A stretch of DNA of 26,344 nt from contig JAYSQK010000396.1 of the NCBI GenBank assembly GCA_043721555.1, positions 1 to 26,344 of the forward strand. Direction: 5' to 3'. The DNA is from Frankiales bacterium. GTDB taxonomy: Bacteria; Actinomycetota; Actinomycetes; Mycobacteriales; SCTD01. The notes beneath the pieces were generated by a model that saw only the letters and a program-made list of their open reading frames with translations, was not told the DNA's origin and did no database searches. Positions 1 through 8,533 of the stretch are shown here, piece by piece (the stretch's first letter is position 1; each line of letters begins with the position of its first letter). Position numbers and translations under genes: made by a program.

Positions 1-746
1 AGCGCGACGAGGGCGAAGCCGGCCACCCAGCCCAGGTCGCAGACGTCCCCGCTGGAGTACGAACCGGTCGAGGTGAGATACACGAAGGTGCTGTCGGCAG
101 CGGCCAGGGCAACCAACCCGGCTGCGAGCAGGCCAAGGACGACGCGCCGGCCACCGGTGGCCCGGCCGATGACCAACAGGACCAGTGTGATGACCACCAG
201 GTCACCCAGCGGATAGGCCAGGGACAGCGCGGTGGCCAGTTCAGTTGCCCCACCTGCGTCCAGGGCCGCGCCGAGGCTGGTCGCCCAGGTCAGCACCAGC
301 AGGGAGCCGGCGATGAGCAGACCGTCCAACAGGTCCAGCAATCGCGAAGCGCCATCCTTGCCCGCTGGGAGCAGCAGCAGCGCCGCGGCGGCCAGCACCG
401 GAAAGAGCAGGAACCCGGCGTCGGCGAGGGACGGGAACGGAACCGCCCGGCCGGTCAGCAGCTCGTCATAGCTCCAGCTCGCCTCACCTGCGGCCCAGGC
501 GCCGGTTGCGGCGGCCAGCAGCCACCACGCCCAGCGGACCCGCGGCGTCCTGGTGTTCCGGCCGGCGACCCAGCAGCACAGCGCGGCGGCGGCCGCGGCG
601 ACCAACTGCCCGAGGTCGTCGACGGCGACGGTCGCGTCCGCCGGGAGCGGGTGGGCGAGCAGGACAATGGCGTACGCGAGCACGGTCGACACGACGACCC
701 CGGCCGCGACCTGCACCCGCCGCGCGCCCCATCGGCGACCGCTCAT
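1..746 (-). CDS. Multi-pass membrane sensor protein, N-terminal part only (runs off the window); typical of actinobacterial GGDEF/EAL or histidine-kinase sensors
   Basis: Manual translation from ATG at 746: MSGRRWGARRVQVAAGVVVSTVLAYAIVLL...DDLGQLVAA...WWLLAAATGAWAAGEASWSYDELL...PFPSLADAGFLLFP...LDGLLIAGSLLVLTW...LAYPLGDLVVITLVLL. About 7 hydrophobic segments; the PFPSLAD and AYPxGD motifs are characteristic. No stop inside the window, so the track missed it. The output domain is not visible. Confidence 0.8.
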   Translation of the reverse strand, partial: MSGRRWGARRVQVAAGVVVSTVLAYAIVLLAHPLPADATVAVDDLGQLVAAAAAALCCWVAGRNTRTPRVRWAWWLLAAATGAWAAGEASWSYDELLTGRAVPFPSLADAGFLLFPVLAAAALLLLPAGKDGASRLLDLLDGLLIAGSLLVLTWATSLGAALDAGGATELATALSLAYPLGDLVVITLVLLVIGRATGGRRVVLGLLAAGLVALAAADSTFVYLTSTGSYSSGDVCDLGWVAGFALVA

Positions 747-790
747 GAAAGCACTCTCGGCACCGTTGAGCCGGACCTGTACCGCATCGC

Positions 791-2260
791 TTACGGCATC
801 GGCTTGCGGGTGGCACGGGTGACCTTCGGCGCTGCCGGGTTGGTCGCCTGCCGATGCAGACGCGGCGTCTTCGACGGGTGGGGGTGGTTGGCCTTCCAGG
901 ACTTGCGTACGCCGCGTCGTACCCGCTTGACGGGCTCGGTCGGCCGCTCGGCCGCCGGCGCTGCGCTGGGGACGTCGAGCGGCCGCGGCCGGCCGGTGGG
1001 CGCCGTGGTCCCATCCGAGCTGTGGCGCCGGGTGACATCGGCGCTCTGGGGCTTCGGCGGGATCTGGGTCTTCGGCAGAATCGGGGCGGCGGGCGCGGTG
1101 GTCCCGCCCGGCCCGAGCTGCTGGGTGACGACGGCGCTGGGGGTCGACGGCCGGCTCGGACTCGCGGACGGCGCGGGGCCAAGCGTCGCTGCACCGACGA
1201 GTGCGGCGCTCGCCGCCACGGTCGTGAACTGGCCGGTGGTCGTGGTGATCAGGGTGGTCGTGCCGTGTCCGAGCAGGGGGAGCTCGGCCAACCAGGCGGC
1301 CGGGCCGGCCGCCCACAGCAGCTTGCGTCTCGGGATGGCGACCATCGACCGGACGACCTGGGGGTCGAACTGCGTGCCGGCGCAGCGGACCAGCTCGCGC
1401 AATGCCGCGTCCTTGCGAACGGACCGCTTGTAGGACCGCGCGGCCGTCATGACCTCGAAGGAGTCGGCCACCTGGACGATCCTGGCGCCGAGGCTGAGCT
1501 CGCGCCCGGCCGTGCCGGCCGGGTAGCCGGTCCCGTCCCAGCGTTCGTGGTGCTCCTCGATGACCAGGTGCATCGGCGCCAGCCAGGCGAGCAGTGGGGC
1601 CGCAATCTCCGCTCCGGCGCGCGGGTGCTCCCGCAGGATCGTCCATTCCCGCGAGGTGGGCGCACCTGACTTGTTGAGCAGCGCCGCAGGCACCTGCAGC
1701 TTGCCGATGTCGTGGAGCAGGGCCGCCCACCGGAGCCGGTCACGGTCGTGTGGGGACATGCCCATCGACTCGGCGATCAGGTCGGCATAGGCCCTGACCC
1801 GTTCGGCGTGGCCGCGGGTGTGCCGATCATGTCTGGCGAGTGCCGTGACGAGGGTGAGCATCCGTTCGGCGGCGCGCTGCGCCGTCTCGTTCGGCGGCGC
1901 GGCAGTGAGCGCGGCCAGCTCCGAGGCGCTGCTGATGCGCCGCACGAGCCGTAGACGCGAGGGGGCGCCCTCGGGGAAGCACAGCGACAGCTCGAGCAGG
2001 GCCGCGAGCGGCAGCAGCCGCACCAGCGCGTGGTGGGCGAGGAGCGACACGACCCAGCTGGCGGCGAGGAGTCCGGCCAGCCAGCCGAGCTGGCCCGGAC
2101 CCGTCGCCGGACGCGGGAGCGCGGCGGCGCCGCCGAGGGTGACCGCAGCGGCCAGGGCGACCGGGACCAGGAACGTCAGGGCTCGCATCGTGCGCGCGAT
2201 CGCCGGGTGGGCCGACCAGCCAGCAGCCGGCGCAGCGGTCACGCGCGAGTCCGAGGCCAT
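791..2260 (-). CDS. Membrane-anchored HD-GYP domain protein (putative c-di-GMP phosphodiesterase) with Pro/Thr-rich C-terminal tail
   Basis: Motifs [42 protein letters not shown]. Two N-terminal hydrophobic segments. Start moved from the track's 2680 (which overlaps the divergent synthetase) to ATG 2260 (MASDSRV); exact start uncertain. Confidence 0.85.
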   Translation of the reverse strand: MASDSRVTAAPAAGWSAHPAIARTMRALTFLVPVALAAAVTLGGAAALPRPATGPGQLGWLAGLLAASWVVSLLAHHALVRLLPLAALLELSLCFPEGAPSRLRLVRRISSASELAALTAAPPNETAQRAAERMLTLVTALARHDRHTRGHAERVRAYADLIAESMGMSPHDRDRLRWAALLHDIGKLQVPAALLNKSGAPTSREWTILREHPRAGAEIAAPLLAWLAPMHLVIEEHHERWDGTGYPAGTAGRELSLGARIVQVADSFEVMTAARSYKRSVRKDAALRELVRCAGTQFDPQVVRSMVAIPRRKLLWAAGPAAWLAELPLLGHGTTTLITTTTGQFTTVAASAALVGAATLGPAPSASPSRPSTPSAVVTQQLGPGGTTAPAAPILPKTQIPPKPQSADVTRRHSSDGTTAPTGRPRPLDVPSAAPAAERPTEPVKRVRRGVRKSWKANHPHPSKTPRLHRQATNPAAPKVTRATRKPMP

Positions 2261-2350
2261 GCGCACAACGTCGGCGGGTTCCGCGCCGATCTGAGTAGCC
2301 CGATCGGCTCTTCCGAGGCCATGTCCCTGGCGTGTCCGTGGCCGACTCGG

Positions 2351-2356
2351 CATGCT
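2351..2356 (+). promoter_or_regulatory. Putative -10 box (CATGCT) of a leaderless transcript
   Basis: CANNNT hexamer 6 nt before ATG 2363; no Shine-Dalgarno. Confidence 0.45.
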
Positions 2357-2362
2357 GCGCCC

Positions 2363-3964
2363 ATGACGCTCTCGCAGGATGCCGGCCCGACGTCCCCACC
2401 GTTGCCGGGGCACACCATCGGCGCGGCGCTCCGGTTGGCGGCCGAGCGGCACGGCGACCGGGAGGCGCTTGTGTCGGTACAGCAGGGTCAGCGGTTCACC
2501 TACCGCGAGCTCGACGACGCTGTCGACGATGTCGCCCGCGGATTCGTCGCCGCCGGTGTCGGCAAGGGCGACCGGGTAGGCATCTGGTCGCCCAACTGCA
2601 CTGAGTGGCTGCTGGTGCAGTACGCCACCGCCCGGATCGGCGCGATCCTCGTCACCATCAACCCGGCCTACCGATCGCACGAGCTGGCCTACGTCCTGCA
2701 GCAGTCCGGCGCCTCGCTACTGGTCAGCGCGGAGGCGTTCAAGGGCTCCAGCTACCGCAAGATGGTGGCCGAGGTGGCACCGGACCTGCGCACCGTCTAC
2801 CTCGGTACGCCGGACTGGGACGCCTTGCTCGTGCCCACCGGCGAGGTCCCCGACCGGGGCCTCCTCGCTGATGACCCGATCAACATCCAGTACACCAGCG
2901 GCACGACCGGTTTCCCGAAGGGGGCGACCCTGTCGCATCGCAACATCCTCGGCAACGGGTTCCTCGTCGGCGCGCTCTGCGGCTACACCGAGCTCGACCG
3001 GGTCTGCGTCCCGGTGCCGTTCTACCACTGCTTCGGCATGGTGATGGGCAATCTCGGCGCGCTGACGCACGGGGCCTGCGTGGTCATCCCGGCGCCATCG
3101 TTCGACCCGGCGGCAACCCTTTCGGCCGTCGCGCTCGAGCGCTGCACCTCGCTGTACGGCGTCCCGACGATGTTCATCGCCGAGCTGGCCGAGCCCACCT
3201 TCTCGTCGTACGACCTGACGTCACTGCGGACGGGGATCATGGCCGGCTCGCCGTGTCCGGTCGAGGTGATGAAGCAGGTGCAGTTGTTCATGCCGGAGGT
3301 CACCATCTGCTACGGCATGACCGAGACCTCGCCGGTGTCGACGCAGACAACCGCCGACGACAGCCTCGACCGGCGGGTGTCCACGGTCGGCCGCGTGCAT
3401 CCGCACGTCGAGGTCAAGGTGGTCGACCCGGCGACCGGGGACGTGGTCGAACGCGGTACGACGGGGGAGTTCTGCACCCGCGGCTACAGCGTGATGCTCG
3501 GCTACTGGGACGATCCGGCCCGGACCGCGGAGGCGATCGACGCCGACGGCTTCATGCACACCGGTGACCTGGCCGTCATGGATGCGGCCGGCTACCTCTC
3601 GATCGTCGGCAGGATCAAGGATCTCGTCATTCGCGGTGGCGAGAACGTCTACCCGCGCGAGGTCGAGGAGTTCCTCTACACCCACCCCGACGTGCTGGAC
3701 GCCCAGGTTGTCGGCGTGCCCGACCAACGCTATGGCGAGGAGCTCTGCGCCTGGGTGCGCGTGCGACCAGGAGCCGCTGTCACGCCGGACGAGCTGCGCG
3801 AGTGGTGCCGCGGCAAACTCGCCCACTTCAAGGTGCCGCGCTATATCCGGTTCACCGACGAATTCCCGATGACGATCACCGGCAAGGTGCAGAAGTTCAA
3901 GATGCGGGAGACCTCGGTGGCCGAGCTCGGCCTGCAGGCAGCCGCCGCGATCGTGACCGCTTGA
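2363..3964 (+). CDS. AMP-binding fatty acyl-CoA synthetase (ACSF2/YngI-like)
   Basis: Adenylate-forming motifs [44 protein letters not shown]. Start taken at ATG 2363 (MTLSQDAG), 533 aa. Confidence 0.93.
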   Translation: MTLSQDAGPTSPPLPGHTIGAALRLAAERHGDREALVSVQQGQRFTYRELDDAVDDVARGFVAAGVGKGDRVGIWSPNCTEWLLVQYATARIGAILVTINPAYRSHELAYVLQQSGASLLVSAEAFKGSSYRKMVAEVAPDLRTVYLGTPDWDALLVPTGEVPDRGLLADDPINIQYTSGTTGFPKGATLSHRNILGNGFLVGALCGYTELDRVCVPVPFYHCFGMVMGNLGALTHGACVVIPAPSFDPAATLSAVALERCTSLYGVPTMFIAELAEPTFSSYDLTSLRTGIMAGSPCPVEVMKQVQLFMPEVTICYGMTETSPVSTQTTADDSLDRRVSTVGRVHPHVEVKVVDPATGDVVERGTTGEFCTRGYSVMLGYWDDPARTAEAIDADGFMHTGDLAVMDAAGYLSIVGRIKDLVIRGGENVYPREVEEFLYTHPDVLDAQVVGVPDQRYGEELCAWVRVRPGAAVTPDELREWCRGKLAHFKVPRYIRFTDEFPMTITGKVQKFKMRETSVAELGLQAAAAIVTA

Positions 3965-4557
3965 GCGACGAGGGGGTCCGGCACGAGGACTGGGACGGTC
4001 GTGACCTTTCCCGGCAGATCTGGCGCGACGTCCACTTCGTCGACGTAGACCTGACCGAGACCGTCGACGTGGGAGCGGTCTTCGACCGGTGCACCTTCCG
4101 GGACTGCCGCTTCAACGCCTCGCAGCACACCGACGCCGCGTTCACCGGCTGCACCTTCACCGGCTGCACCTTCTTCGACGCGCGCTTCGACGGCTGCAAG
4201 CTGGTGGGCAGCACGTTCGCCCGGTGCACGTTCGACCTGCTGCGGGCTGACGGCGGCGACTGGTCGTTCGTGGGCCTGACCGGTGCGGACCTGCGCCGGG
4301 CCCGGTTCAGCGGGGTGCGGATGCGCGAGGCCGACCTGACCCGGGCCTGCTGCCAGGGCGGCGCGTTGCTGGCTGTCGACCTGTCCGGCGCGGCCTGGGG
4401 CGGCGCCGACCTGACCGGCTGCGACCTGCGCGGTTCGGATCTGTCCTCGCTGGACCCGTCCTCGGTGCGGCTGCTGGGCGCGGTCGTCGACCTGCAGCAG
4501 GCGGTCGGGATCGCGGTGTCGCTCGGTCTGGAGGTGCGATCCGACGAGCCTGGTTGA
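3961..4557 (+). CDS. Pentapeptide-repeat protein, MfpA/Qnr-like
   Basis: Continuous five-residue repeats ([15 protein letters not shown] ... [10 protein letters not shown] ... [10 protein letters not shown] ... [15 protein letters not shown]). The C-terminus [17 protein letters not shown] resembles the MfpA dimerisation helix. TTG 3961 overlaps the upstream TGA (TTGA coupling). Confidence 0.85.
   Translation: MSDEGVRHEDWDGRDLSRQIWRDVHFVDVDLTETVDVGAVFDRCTFRDCRFNASQHTDAAFTGCTFTGCTFFDARFDGCKLVGSTFARCTFDLLRADGGDWSFVGLTGADLRRARFSGVRMREADLTRACCQGGALLAVDLSGAAWGGADLTGCDLRGSDLSSLDPSSVRLLGAVVDLQQAVGIAVSLGLEVRSDEPG
4141..4173 (+). repeat. Perfect 15-bp tandem duplication inside the pentapeptide gene
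   Basis: TTCACCGGCTGCACC twice, then TTC; encodes [10 protein letters not shown], one pentapeptide unit. Confidence 0.85.
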
Positions 4558-4591
4558 GTGGCTCCCCCGACCCGTAGCAGGAGGCACGCAC

Positions 4592-5623
4592 ATGGAATAC
4601 CGGACACTCGGCCGCAGCGGCTGCGCCGTCTCGACCCTCGCCCTCGGCACGATGACCTTCGGGAACGAGACCGACGAGGCCGGTTCGCACGCCCAACTCG
4701 ACGCTTTCGTCGAGGCCGGCGGCACCCTCGTCGACACCGCCGACGTCTACACCGCCGGTGCGAGCGAGCAGATCATCGGCCGTTGGCTCGCGCTGCGGCC
4801 GGAGCTGGGCGAGCAGGTCGTGCTCGCCACGAAGGGGCGCTTCCCGATGGGCGACGGTCCGAACGACGCCGGCCTGTCCCGCCGCCACCTCGCGGCCGCG
4901 CTCGACGCATCCCTGCGCCGCCTCGGGGTCGAGCGGGTCGACCTCTACCAGGTGCACGCCTACGACCCGTTCACCCCGATCGAGGAGACCCTCGGCTTCC
5001 TCGACAACGCGGTCAGCGCCGGCAAGGTGCACTACGTCGGACTGTCGAACTTCACCGGCTGGCAGCTCCAGCGCGCGGTCGATGTCGCCGAGCACCGGCA
5101 CCTGTCGGTGCCCGTCACCTTGCAGCCGCAGTACAACCTGCTGGCCCGCGAGATCGAGTGGGAGATCGTGCCGGCGGCCCGCGCCAACGGACTCGGGTTA
5201 CTGCCGTGGTCACCGCTCGGCGGCGGCTGGCTGACCGGCAAGTACACCCGCGAGCAGCGCCCGACCGGCGCCACCCGCCTCGGCGAGGACCCCGACCGCG
5301 GGGTGGAGGCCTACGACAAGCGCGGCTCGCGGGAGCGCACCTGGGACGTCGTCGACGCCGTCCGCTCGGTGGCCGACGGTCGCGGGGCGACGATGGCCCA
5401 GGTCGCCCTCGCCTGGCTGGTGGACCGCCCGGCGGTGACCTCGGTGATCCTGGGCGCCCGGACCGTCGCCCAGCTCACGGACAATCTCGGCGCCGCCGAG
5501 CTGCACCTCTCGCCGGCGGAGACCGCGACGCTCGATGCGGCCAGCGACCCCGGCGCCGCCGACTACCCGTACGGCGGGGCCGGCCAGGAGCAGCGCAGCC
5601 GGACGATCAGCGGCGGCTGGTAA
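4592..5623 (+). CDS. Aldo/keto reductase (Tas/YajO-like)
   Basis: LALGTMTFG, DTADVY (catalytic Asp/Tyr), VLATK, DLYQVH, GLSN, QPQYNLL, PWSPLGGGWLTGKY. SD AGGAGG at 4579-4584. Confidence 0.95.
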   Translation: MEYRTLGRSGCAVSTLALGTMTFGNETDEAGSHAQLDAFVEAGGTLVDTADVYTAGASEQIIGRWLALRPELGEQVVLATKGRFPMGDGPNDAGLSRRHLAAALDASLRRLGVERVDLYQVHAYDPFTPIEETLGFLDNAVSAGKVHYVGLSNFTGWQLQRAVDVAEHRHLSVPVTLQPQYNLLAREIEWEIVPAARANGLGLLPWSPLGGGWLTGKYTREQRPTGATRLGEDPDRGVEAYDKRGSRERTWDVVDAVRSVADGRGATMAQVALAWLVDRPAVTSVILGARTVAQLTDNLGAAELHLSPAETATLDAASDPGAADYPYGGAGQEQRSRTISGGW

Positions 5624-5628
5624 CGGGT

Positions 5629-5964
5629 TCACGGGCGCAGCGACCCGACGGCCGCCACCGGCAGCCCCGTCGGGTGGCAGACCCAGAACGGGTCGGTGCC
5701 GAGGTCCGGCTCGACGTACAGCGGGTGCGCGCCGACCTCGGGGCAGGTCGCTTCGGAGCAGACCGGCCACAGCGGGTCGCGCAGGTGGACGGCCTCCTGC
5801 ACGTCCTGCGCGAGCAGGCACAGCACGAACGGCCCTCCTTCTGGCCACTGCGACAGCCACCAGCGGCGGTGCTCGACCGCCGGCTCGACCACCCCGCCGT
5901 ACGCCGGGCCGAGGTCGCGCTCGACGGCGGCCCGGGCCTGCTCGAGCGCGTCGAGGTTGGGCAT
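5629..5964 (-). CDS. Conserved actinobacterial hypothetical protein with Cys/His cluster
   Basis: Strong SD AAGGAGG (5971-5977 on -) before ATG 5964. WPEG...LAQDVQEA...WPVC...H.L.VEP.LG.DP.WVC resembles small Streptomyces hypotheticals (from memory). Confidence 0.75.
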   Translation of the reverse strand: MPNLDALEQARAAVERDLGPAYGGVVEPAVEHRRWWLSQWPEGGPFVLCLLAQDVQEAVHLRDPLWPVCSEATCPEVGAHPLYVEPDLGTDPFWVCHPTGLPVAAVGSLRP

Positions 5965-5975
5965 TGGCACCCTCC

Positions 5976-6004
5976 TTGTCACTGCGGTATCACAACGGTA
6001 TCGT
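5976..6004 (+). promoter_or_regulatory. SigA/HrdB-type promoter of the TA operon, with direct-repeat operator
   Basis: TTGTCA (5976-5981), 17-nt spacer, TATCGT (5999-6004), 7 nt, ATG 6012. CGGTATC repeats at 5985-5991 and 5996-6002. Confidence 0.75.
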
Positions 6005-6011
6005 GCTGGCC

Positions 6012-6218
6012 ATGGCGCTCACCTTGCGAACCGACCAAGAGCTTGATGCCGCGCTGACAGCGCTGGCCGACGCCGAGGGCGCTTCAAAGCAGGAAGTCAT
6101 CCGCCGGGCAGTGCTGGAGCGGTATCAGCAGACCGGTCACCGGGCCCGAGTCGCGGAGAGCTCCGGTCGGCTCGCCGCACGCTGGGGTGACGTGCTGGAG
6201 CGGCTCGGCACCGTGTGA
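6012..6218 (+). CDS. Ribbon-helix-helix (CopG-like) antitoxin
   Basis: MALTLRTDQELDAALTALADAEGASKQEVIRRAV fits the RHH pattern. 68 aa; its stop overlaps the toxin start (GTGA). Confidence 0.85.
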   Translation: MALTLRTDQELDAALTALADAEGASKQEVIRRAVLERYQQTGHRARVAESSGRLAARWGDVLERLGTV

Positions 6219-6604
6219 TCCAGCTCGCATATCTCGAGCTGGAAGACCTGCTCGGGCTCGTGCGCCTGTTGGGCGCCGGTCCGGTCCGGGACGTGGGGCT
6301 GCTCGACAGCGCTGTTGCCCGCCCCCGGTCGAGTGCCTTCGGCGAGGACGCCTATCCGACCCTTGCCTTGAAGGCGGCCGCGCTATTGCATTCGGTGGCC
6401 AGCAATCATGCCTTGGTCGACGGCAACAAGCGCCTGGCGTGGCTGGCGACAGTGGTCTTCTTGGACCTCAACGGCTCGCGGCCCGACGTCACGGACGACC
6501 AGGCGTTCAGCCTGGTGATGGACGTTGCGTCGAGCGACCTCGCCTTGGAGAACAGCGCGGAACGCCTGCGACTCCGGCCGGGGAGCGGCACCGAGAAGGT
6601 CTAG
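6215..6604 (+). CDS. doc: Type II TA toxin, death-on-curing (Doc/Fic) family
   Basis: VRD.GLLDSAVARP...AYP....KAAALLHS...NHALVDGNKR is a Doc-type Fic motif. Translationally coupled to the antitoxin. Confidence 0.92.
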   Translation: MIQLAYLELEDLLGLVRLLGAGPVRDVGLLDSAVARPRSSAFGEDAYPTLALKAAALLHSVASNHALVDGNKRLAWLATVVFLDLNGSRPDVTDDQAFSLVMDVASSDLALENSAERLRLRPGSGTEKV

Positions 6605-6624
6605 CTGCGCTGCATCTTGGTCCG

Positions 6625-6708
6625 CTAGCCCGTTGACGGAGTCGGCCCGAGCCGGTCCCGCAGGACCCGCAGCAGGGGAAGCGCCGCCCGGTCCTTCGGC
6701 CGCCCGGC
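6625..6708 (-). pseudogene. Probable 3' remnant of a nucleotidyltransferase-like gene
   Basis: The minus frame reads AGRPKDRAALPLLRVLRDRLGPTPSTG*. This resembles the xxAGRxKDxxxLPxLR C-terminal signature I recall from small actinobacterial putative nucleotidyltransferases. No start or upstream body is present. Confidence 0.5.
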
Positions 6709-6720
6709 GCTCAACCCGGG

Positions 6721-6782
6721 GCCGATCTTGACGATCTGGTCGCCGACACGCCGTACCGGCCGACCACATCGTCAAGATCGGC
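6721..6782. repeat. Long inverted repeat (22-bp arms, 1 mismatch, 18-nt loop); REP-like element and/or bidirectional terminator
   Basis: GCCGATCTTGACGATCTGGTCG (6721-6742) pairs with CGACCACATCGTCAAGATCGGC (6761-6782). Lies between convergent doc and xpb. Confidence 0.85.
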
Positions 6783-6862
6783 TGGGAGGGGCCCGGGGGA
6801 AACTCGGCCCCGGGATCGGCCCGAGGGAGCCGGCCGGGATGAAGTCTCGGGGTGGGGCGAGG

Positions 6863-8509
6863 TCAGCCGTCGGCGAGCACGTCGTCGGCGTCGACGATCG
6901 TGTAGGGGTAGCCCTGCTCGGCCAGGAAGCGCTGCCGGTGCGCGGCGTACTCCTGGTCGACGGTGTCGCGACTGATCACCGTGTAGAAGTGCGCGCTGCG
7001 GCCGTCGGCCTTGGGGCGAAGGACCCGGCCGAGGCGCTGGGCCTCCTCCTGCCGCGAGCCGAAGGTGCCGGACACCTGGATGGCGATCGCCGCCTCGGGC
7101 AGGTCGATCGAGAAGTTCGCGACCTTGCTGACGACCAGCCCGGGGATCTCGCGCCGGCGGAACAGGTCGTAGAGCCGCTCCCGCTCGGCGTTCTTGGTGG
7201 ACCCCTGGATGATCGGCATGTCGAGTGCGACGCCGAGCTCCTCGAGTTGGTCGAGGTAGGCGCCGATGACGAGCACCTGGTCGCCGTCGTGCCGCTCGAC
7301 CAGCTTTTTGATGACGGCAATCTTGGTGTGCGCCGTCGCGCCGATCCGGTAGCGCTCCTCGGGCTCGGCGGAGGCGTAGGTCAGCCGCTCGGCGTCGGTC
7401 ATCGTGACCCGCACCTCGGTGCAGTCGGCCGGCGCGATGTAGCCCTGTGCCTCGATGTCCTTCCACGGCGCGTCGTAGCGCTTGGGCCCGATCAGGCTGA
7501 AGACGTCGTCCTCGCGGCCGTCCTCGCGGACCAGCGTCGCGGTGAGCCCGAGCCGCCGGCGGGACTGCAGGTCGGCGGTCATCCGGAAGACCGGCGCGGG
7601 CAGCAGGTGCACCTCGTCGTAGACGACCAGCCCCCAGTCGCGGGCGCCGAACAACTCGAGGTGGACGTATTCGCCTTTACGACGCGTCGTCATGATCTGG
7701 TACGTCGCGATGGTGACCGGCTTGATCTCCTTCTTCTCACCGGAGTACTCGCCGATCTCGTCCTCGGTCAGCGAGGTGCGCTTCAGCAATTCGCTCTTCC
7801 ACTGCCGGCCGCTGACGGTGTTGGTGACCAGGATCAGCGTGGTCGCACCGGCCCGCGCCATCGCCGCCGCGCCGACGATCGTCTTACCGGCGCCGCACGG
7901 CAGGACGACGACGCCCGAGCCGCCGTGCCAGAAGCCGTCAACCGCCATCTGCTGGTAGTCGCGCAGGTCCCAGCCGTCGAGCTTCATCGAGATCGGGTGC
8001 GCCTCGCCGTCGACGTAGCCGGCGAGATCCTCGGCCGGCCAACCGACCTTGAGCAGCGCCTGCTTGAGCCGGCCCCGCTCGGACGGGTGCACGAGCACCG
8101 TCTCGGGGTCCAGCCGCAGGCCGAGCATCGGGCTGACCTTCTTGCTGCGGACGACTTCTTCGAGCACGGCTCGGTCGGTGGTGCGCAGGACCAGTCCGTG
8201 GATCGGGTCCAGCTCGAGCCGGAGCCGGCCGTAACGATCCATCGTGTCCGCGACGTCGACCAGGAGGGCATGCGGTACGGCGTACCGGCTGTAGCGCACC
8301 AGGGCGTCGACGACCTGTTCGGCGTCGTGCCCCGCGGCGCGGGCGTTCCACAGCCCGAGCGGGGTGAGCCGGTAGGTGTGCACGTGCTCCGGTGAGCGCT
8401 CGAGCTCGGCGAACGGCGCGATCGCCTGCCGGCACTCACTGGACAGCGGATGGTCGATCTCCAGCAACAGGGTCTTGTCGCTCTGCACGATCAGGGGTCC
8501 GTCGGTCAT
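6863..8509 (-). CDS. xpb: Bacterial XPB/ERCC3-type DNA repair helicase
   Basis: MTDGPLIVQSDKTLLLE N-terminus, FAELERSPEHVHTYR, Walker A LPCGAGKT, DEVH, LGLTAT, QEEAQRLGRVLRP. SD AAGGAG at 8514-8519. Confidence 0.95.
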   Translation of the reverse strand: MTDGPLIVQSDKTLLLEIDHPLSSECRQAIAPFAELERSPEHVHTYRLTPLGLWNARAAGHDAEQVVDALVRYSRYAVPHALLVDVADTMDRYGRLRLELDPIHGLVLRTTDRAVLEEVVRSKKVSPMLGLRLDPETVLVHPSERGRLKQALLKVGWPAEDLAGYVDGEAHPISMKLDGWDLRDYQQMAVDGFWHGGSGVVVLPCGAGKTIVGAAAMARAGATTLILVTNTVSGRQWKSELLKRTSLTEDEIGEYSGEKKEIKPVTIATYQIMTTRRKGEYVHLELFGARDWGLVVYDEVHLLPAPVFRMTADLQSRRRLGLTATLVREDGREDDVFSLIGPKRYDAPWKDIEAQGYIAPADCTEVRVTMTDAERLTYASAEPEERYRIGATAHTKIAVIKKLVERHDGDQVLVIGAYLDQLEELGVALDMPIIQGSTKNAERERLYDLFRRREIPGLVVSKVANFSIDLPEAAIAIQVSGTFGSRQEEAQRLGRVLRPKADGRSAHFYTVISRDTVDQEYAAHRQRFLAEQGYPYTIVDADDVLADG

Positions 8510-8533
8510 CGTGCTCCTTCAACGCTCATCGGC

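Noticed and set aside
6728-8395. 555-aa + strand ORF, and similar long ORFs (8957-10138, 9285-10937, 16281-18614, 17894-19519, 22951-24633, 4558-6057)
   Set aside because: Antisense or alternative-frame shadows of well-supported genes. Stops are rare at this GC content, and the products have no recognisable motifs.
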